From IMG/VR virus record IMGVR_UViG_3300032086_001957: DNA of 64,000 nucleotides; one strand, written 5' to 3'. The position numbers were made by a program, and so were the translations under genes. The notes under the pieces are model-generated. The model saw nothing but the letters and a program-made list of their open reading frames with translations. It did not search any database and was not told the origin of the DNA. The DNA comes from an uncultured virus (IMG/VR IMGVR_UViG_3300032086_001957). Taxonomy: Duplodnaviria > Heunggongvirae > Uroviricota > Caudoviricetes. This document shows positions 60,951 through 64,000 of the stretch, in pieces (positions within the stretch are counted from its first letter, which is position 1; each line of letters opens with the position of its first letter).

Positions 60951-61538
60951 CTAGCCCCAACCACCAATACCTAACATATCTCGAACGACTTTGTGATACA
61001 TACTATGTTCTAATGCATGAACTTGTTGTTCAACTTCTTTGTAAGTATATCGTACTTGATTCGTATGATGTGCATTGTGATTTAAAATAGTATTCACAAT
61101 CCAAAGAGGTTCTTGTGCAATGATTTCACCTTCATCAACTTTCTCATTCACATAATGAATGGTAACTCCCATTACTTTACAACCATAATCGTAAGCTCTA
61201 CGAATTGCATCTGTACCTTTAAATGCAGGTAGTAAACTTGGATGTATGTTAATAATCTTTTTAGGATACTTCTTTACGAACTCTTTTGATAACACTCGCA
61301 TGAATCCTGCAAGAACTAAAAACTCAACCTCTTGCATAAATGTTTCGTCAAGTAATCTTTCTAACTCTTTAATCTTGGGTTCAACAAATGTATGAATATG
61401 TTTCTTGTGTGCAAAATCTAATCCCTTTGCATCAGGGTTATTACTTCCTACCCACGCAATTGGAACTAGTGCATCAACCAAGGCTTTCAAATTCGTACCA
61501 GTACCAGAAATCAATACACCAACTTTTTTCTCTTTCAT
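60951..61538 (-). CDS. purN: Phosphoribosylglycinamide formyltransferase (auxiliary metabolic gene)
   Basis: GVLISGTGTNL.AL, LAGFMRVL, INIHPSLLPAFKG, GVTIHYV...VD.G.II.Q, LEH. Confidence 0.92.
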   Translation of the reverse strand: MKEKKVGVLISGTGTNLKALVDALVPIAWVGSNNPDAKGLDFAHKKHIHTFVEPKIKELERLLDETFMQEVEFLVLAGFMRVLSKEFVKKYPKKIINIHPSLLPAFKGTDAIRRAYDYGCKVMGVTIHYVNEKVDEGEIIAQEPLWIVNTILNHNAHHTNQVRYTYKEVEQQVHALEHSMYHKVVRDMLGIGGWG

Positions 61539-61612
61539 TTTCTATTACTCGTTAAGATTATTAAGATAATTATGAGTATTAATGGTACTAAACTGATTAT
61601 AAAGTTAGTCAT
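61535..61612 (-). CDS. 25-aa hydrophobic peptide coupled to purN
   Basis: MTNFIISLVPLILIIILIILTSNRK; ATGA overlap with purN. Confidence 0.4.
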   Translation of the reverse strand: MTNFIISLVPLILIIILIILTSNRK

Positions 61613-61618
61613 ATTTTT

Positions 61619-61882
61619 CTACCATCTTCTCTCTTTCACATCTCTTGGACAACCACCTTTACCAGGCGTGTTCAATCGCATACCATTCTCACACTCGTAC
61701 GAACACATATAGATTTGTTCTTGTTCATTAATGGGTACATAACTTGTAAACATACACCACATCTTGTCTTTACCCAACGCAGGTAAATCATATTCAGACC
61801 AGTCAATGTCACTAGTGACATCACTCGCAAATAATAATAGAATTAATAAAAATAAGTTTCTCATAATAACGGATAGATACAC
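61619..61882 (-). CDS. Secreted-type Cys-rich hypothetical protein
   Basis: MRNLFLLILLLFA signal-like segment; four Cys. Confidence 0.6.
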   Translation of the reverse strand: MYLSVIMRNLFLLILLLFASDVTSDIDWSEYDLPALGKDKMWCMFTSYVPINEQEQIYMCSYECENGMRLNTPGKGGCPRDVKERRW

Positions 61883-61957
61883 ACATAGAAAAAAACTACA
61901 TGAAGTATCACAGATAGTAAAATGGGTTTTAAAAGGGTTTTATGCGTCTTTAAAAAA

Positions 61958-62191
61958 TCAATCATCAAATCTATCTCCTTTAGTTAATTGATTCATTTTC
62001 TCAACTAATATATTGGTAGACAAACACAAATTAGAAATGGTTTCAATTTGTTTTGATAACGAATCTTCAATAGACAGAATGGAAGTTTCCAACTCTGTCA
62101 TTCTTCTCTTGTGATAGTCGAACTGTTTCTCAAGTAAATCTAGTTGAGATTTCAATTCTTCTATCACTTTTTGTTCATGGTAATCAAACAT
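61958..62191 (-). CDS. Coiled-coil hypothetical protein
   Basis: Heptad Leu pattern. Confidence 0.6.
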   Translation of the reverse strand: MFDYHEQKVIEELKSQLDLLEKQFDYHKRRMTELETSILSIEDSLSKQIETISNLCLSTNILVEKMNQLTKGDRFDD

Positions 62192-62192
62192 A

Positions 62193-62588
62193 CTAATTAC
62201 TTATGGTTCTTGAATAGTTGTGTGGAAGTCTTGCACCACAACCAACAACTGGACAAGTGTCATACGACCTATCGTCATAGTCAGGTATGTCTTTCTCACG
62301 ATAGATACCACCGTCCATCTCAACAATAATATCTCTGATATGTTTGATTTGTGTATTGATGTCAAACTGCGAATCAGAACTAATGTTCCATTGTTTCTGC
62401 ATAATCTCAATAGCTCGCAATACAACAGAATCGTGAACTCCATGCATTGGAAAACAAACTCCGTTCGCACCAAAATGATGTAAGAACTCGTCAACGAATT
62501 CAAATTTAGAAACGAAATGGGGTTGCGACCAACTAGGTGTCAAGTTACCCATTCTCTCGTCATGTAACACTTTACTTAATGATTTCAT
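62193..62588 (-). CDS. Hypothetical protein, possible C-terminal CxxxxC...H metal site
   Basis: GAGGG RBS; CPVVGC...H. Confidence 0.6.
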   Translation of the reverse strand: MKSLSKVLHDERMGNLTPSWSQPHFVSKFEFVDEFLHHFGANGVCFPMHGVHDSVVLRAIEIMQKQWNISSDSQFDINTQIKHIRDIIVEMDGGIYREKDIPDYDDRSYDTCPVVGCGARLPHNYSRTISN

Positions 62589-62655
62589 AATTTCCCTCTT
62601 ATAATAATGTATATTAAAACAAAAAAACTAATTGTATAAAGAATATCTAGAACTA

Positions 62656-62886
62656 TCATCTTGGTACTGGATAAACTGAAAAACCAATTGCATCTCTTTT
62701 ATTGCAATGTGATGCAAAAGTGTCATATCTAGGGCCACGATACCTAATGCGATACTTGACACCAGTAATACTAGTAGACTTTGCAAGACAGTCTTTTACA
62801 AACTCTAGGTACATCATTGGAACATTCTTCCAAATAGACCTTTCAGTTTCTCTAGATTCGTATGGGGTTAAATCACCTTTAATCAT
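62656..62886 (-). CDS. Early hypothetical protein (start MIKG or in-frame ATG at 62916)
   Basis: GAGAGGA RBS; YRIRYRGPR. Confidence 0.65.
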   Translation of the reverse strand: MIKGDLTPYESRETERSIWKNVPMMYLEFVKDCLAKSTSITGVKYRIRYRGPRYDTFASHCNKRDAIGFSVYPVPR

Positions 62887-62905
62887 AATGTTTCCTCTCT
62901 CAAAA

Positions 62906-62996
62906 TTGTTAATCATTAAGTATATGTTATCAAAACAATCTTCATTTGTCAATAGTTTTTGGAAAAAAAGATTCCTTTAAAATCAACTACTTACAA
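62906..62996 (-). promoter_or_regulatory. Early promoter copy 2 with IHF-consensus site
   Basis: TTGACA-17-TAACAT; AATCAACTACTTA at 62981-62993; collinear with copy 1. Confidence 0.82.
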
Positions 62997-63029
62997 ATGA
63001 ATTGTTGTCAGTTTTGATGGGGGGTCATA

Positions 63030-63179
63030 TTACTTCAAGTGCATTACACATAATATGAAGATTGCAAGACATAAAAAGAATATTGCGTTCAACATATTAC
63101 CTGTAAATGATGCAACGATTGATAATACGAATGTTGCAAATAAAAGTCCAAGTCCAAAAGATTGTACATATTTTTTCAT
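63030..63179 (-). CDS. Small two-TM membrane protein (49 aa, not in ORF track)
   Basis: MKKYVQSFGLGLLFATFVLSIVASFTGNMLNAIFFLCLAIFILCVMHLK; AAGGA RBS. Confidence 0.62.
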   Translation of the reverse strand: MKKYVQSFGLGLLFATFVLSIVASFTGNMLNAIFFLCLAIFILCVMHLK

Positions 63180-63266
63180 AGTTGTTTCCTTTCTTTGTTA
63201 GGTGCAGAATAAAGTTGTATCTTTATATTGCATTTATAGATTACGAATTACCTTTCAGTCTTAAGG

Positions 63267-63327
63267 GGTACTAGGTGCATTGCAGGATACCTTCCATTGA
63301 GGAGCCTTGGTGCAATACACCCATACC
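63267..63327 (-). other. GC-rich intergenic stem-loop, candidate structured RNA
   Basis: GGUAU-GGGUGUAUUGCA ... UGCAAUGCACCU-A-GUACC; G-U pairs favour the minus strand. Confidence 0.55.
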
Positions 63328-63341
63328 ACAGAGAGAGAAAG

Positions 63342-63659
63342 TTAAATCTTATTATTCAGTAACAGTTGCATCATCTCTGAAAACCCTGATGAATACTGGA
63401 TTCTACGACATATCTCTTGTCGTGCGTGAGGTTTTAACTTCATCAGTTTATTATAGAGATACTTCACCTGTTGTATTGACAACTTATATGACTTATTGTC
63501 ATCTGTTCTTACCTCTGTCAGTTCGATTGGATTGTCCTCACTATCCATAATCTCTGCGAACTGCACTAATACTTGTGGCTGTCGATAGTCTTTGTCATAC
63601 TCTGGGAGTTTTTCTCTCGCATATCCCTCTGTATCAAATGTAACCATAGTTGTTCTCAT
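63342..63659 (-). CDS. Hypothetical protein
   Basis: GGAG RBS; ATGA overlap with upstream ORF. Confidence 0.62.
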   Translation of the reverse strand: MRTTMVTFDTEGYAREKLPEYDKDYRQPQVLVQFAEIMDSEDNPIELTEVRTDDNKSYKLSIQQVKYLYNKLMKLKPHARQEICRRIQYSSGFSEMMQLLLNNKI

Positions 63660-63883
63660 ACATTCATCTCCTGTTTTAATAAGTCTATATCTTCTTGTAA
63701 CTGCGAAACCATCTCTGATAGTCTGTCGAACTGCAACTCTTGTTTCATTACTTCCAACTCGTCATACATACCATCAATCTTATCTAACATCTGTTTCTGT
63801 TGTTTTAATAACATCTTCTGCATATCTTCCATTTGTTTCTGTGGATATACTAGATTCCCTAATGATTCATTTACTTTACTCAT
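63656..63883 (-). CDS. Coiled-coil hypothetical protein
   Basis: GAGAGGA RBS; Q/E/L/M-rich. Confidence 0.6.
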   Translation of the reverse strand: MSKVNESLGNLVYPQKQMEDMQKMLLKQQKQMLDKIDGMYDELEVMKQELQFDRLSEMVSQLQEDIDLLKQEMNV

Positions 63884-64000
63884 GTACTAATCCTCTCTCT
63901 ATAAAAACTAAATTCTCTACGAAAACTGTATGCCAGTCCTCACCCTTGTTTCTGTGATATACGAACTCACCATCAAGTAAGTTGTCTTTTGCATACATCA

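Noticed and set aside
62590..62650. Third early promoter
   Set aside because: AT-rich but no convincing -35/-10 pair at proper spacing
3131..63957. Many plus-strand and nested ORFs in the track (e.g. 3131-3436, 8280-8648, 45751-46197, 63592-63957)
   Set aside because: Antisense or off-frame shadows of well-supported minus-strand genes, with no recognisable motifs
1..64000. Stop-codon reassignment
   Set aside because: Core genes are full length under the standard code, and TAA, TAG and TGA all end genes

Overview
An AT-rich 64 kb segment of a T4-like myovirus genome, most similar in organisation to marine T4-like phages (inference). Almost all genes are on the minus strand. In transcription order (right to left) the window holds: (i) an early region (58-64 kb) of small hypothetical ORFs, purN and two 2OG-Fe(II) oxygenases behind sigma70-type promoters; (ii) baseplate genes: gp5 without a lysozyme domain, a PAAR-peptidase M15 fusion, gp25, gp6, gp7, gp9, gp8 and a VrlC-like protein; (iii) a ~22 kb array of modular fibre/receptor-binding proteins and chaperones; (iv) neck, terminase, tail and head genes gp13-gp23 and gp3; (v) uvsY-oxygenase-uvsW, a displaced fibre cassette and the 5' part of gp55. 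T4 late promoters (TATAAATA) precede many structural genes. The most unusual signals are non-coding: a candidate ~95-nt structured late RNA between gp3 and uvsY, with a 13-nt perfect complement beside a second structured element in the early region; an RBS-sequestering hairpin containing the gp5 late promoter; two collinear 91-bp early promoters with IHF-consensus sites; and a divergent antisense promoter at gp55. All calls come from reading motifs and synteny; no searches were run.
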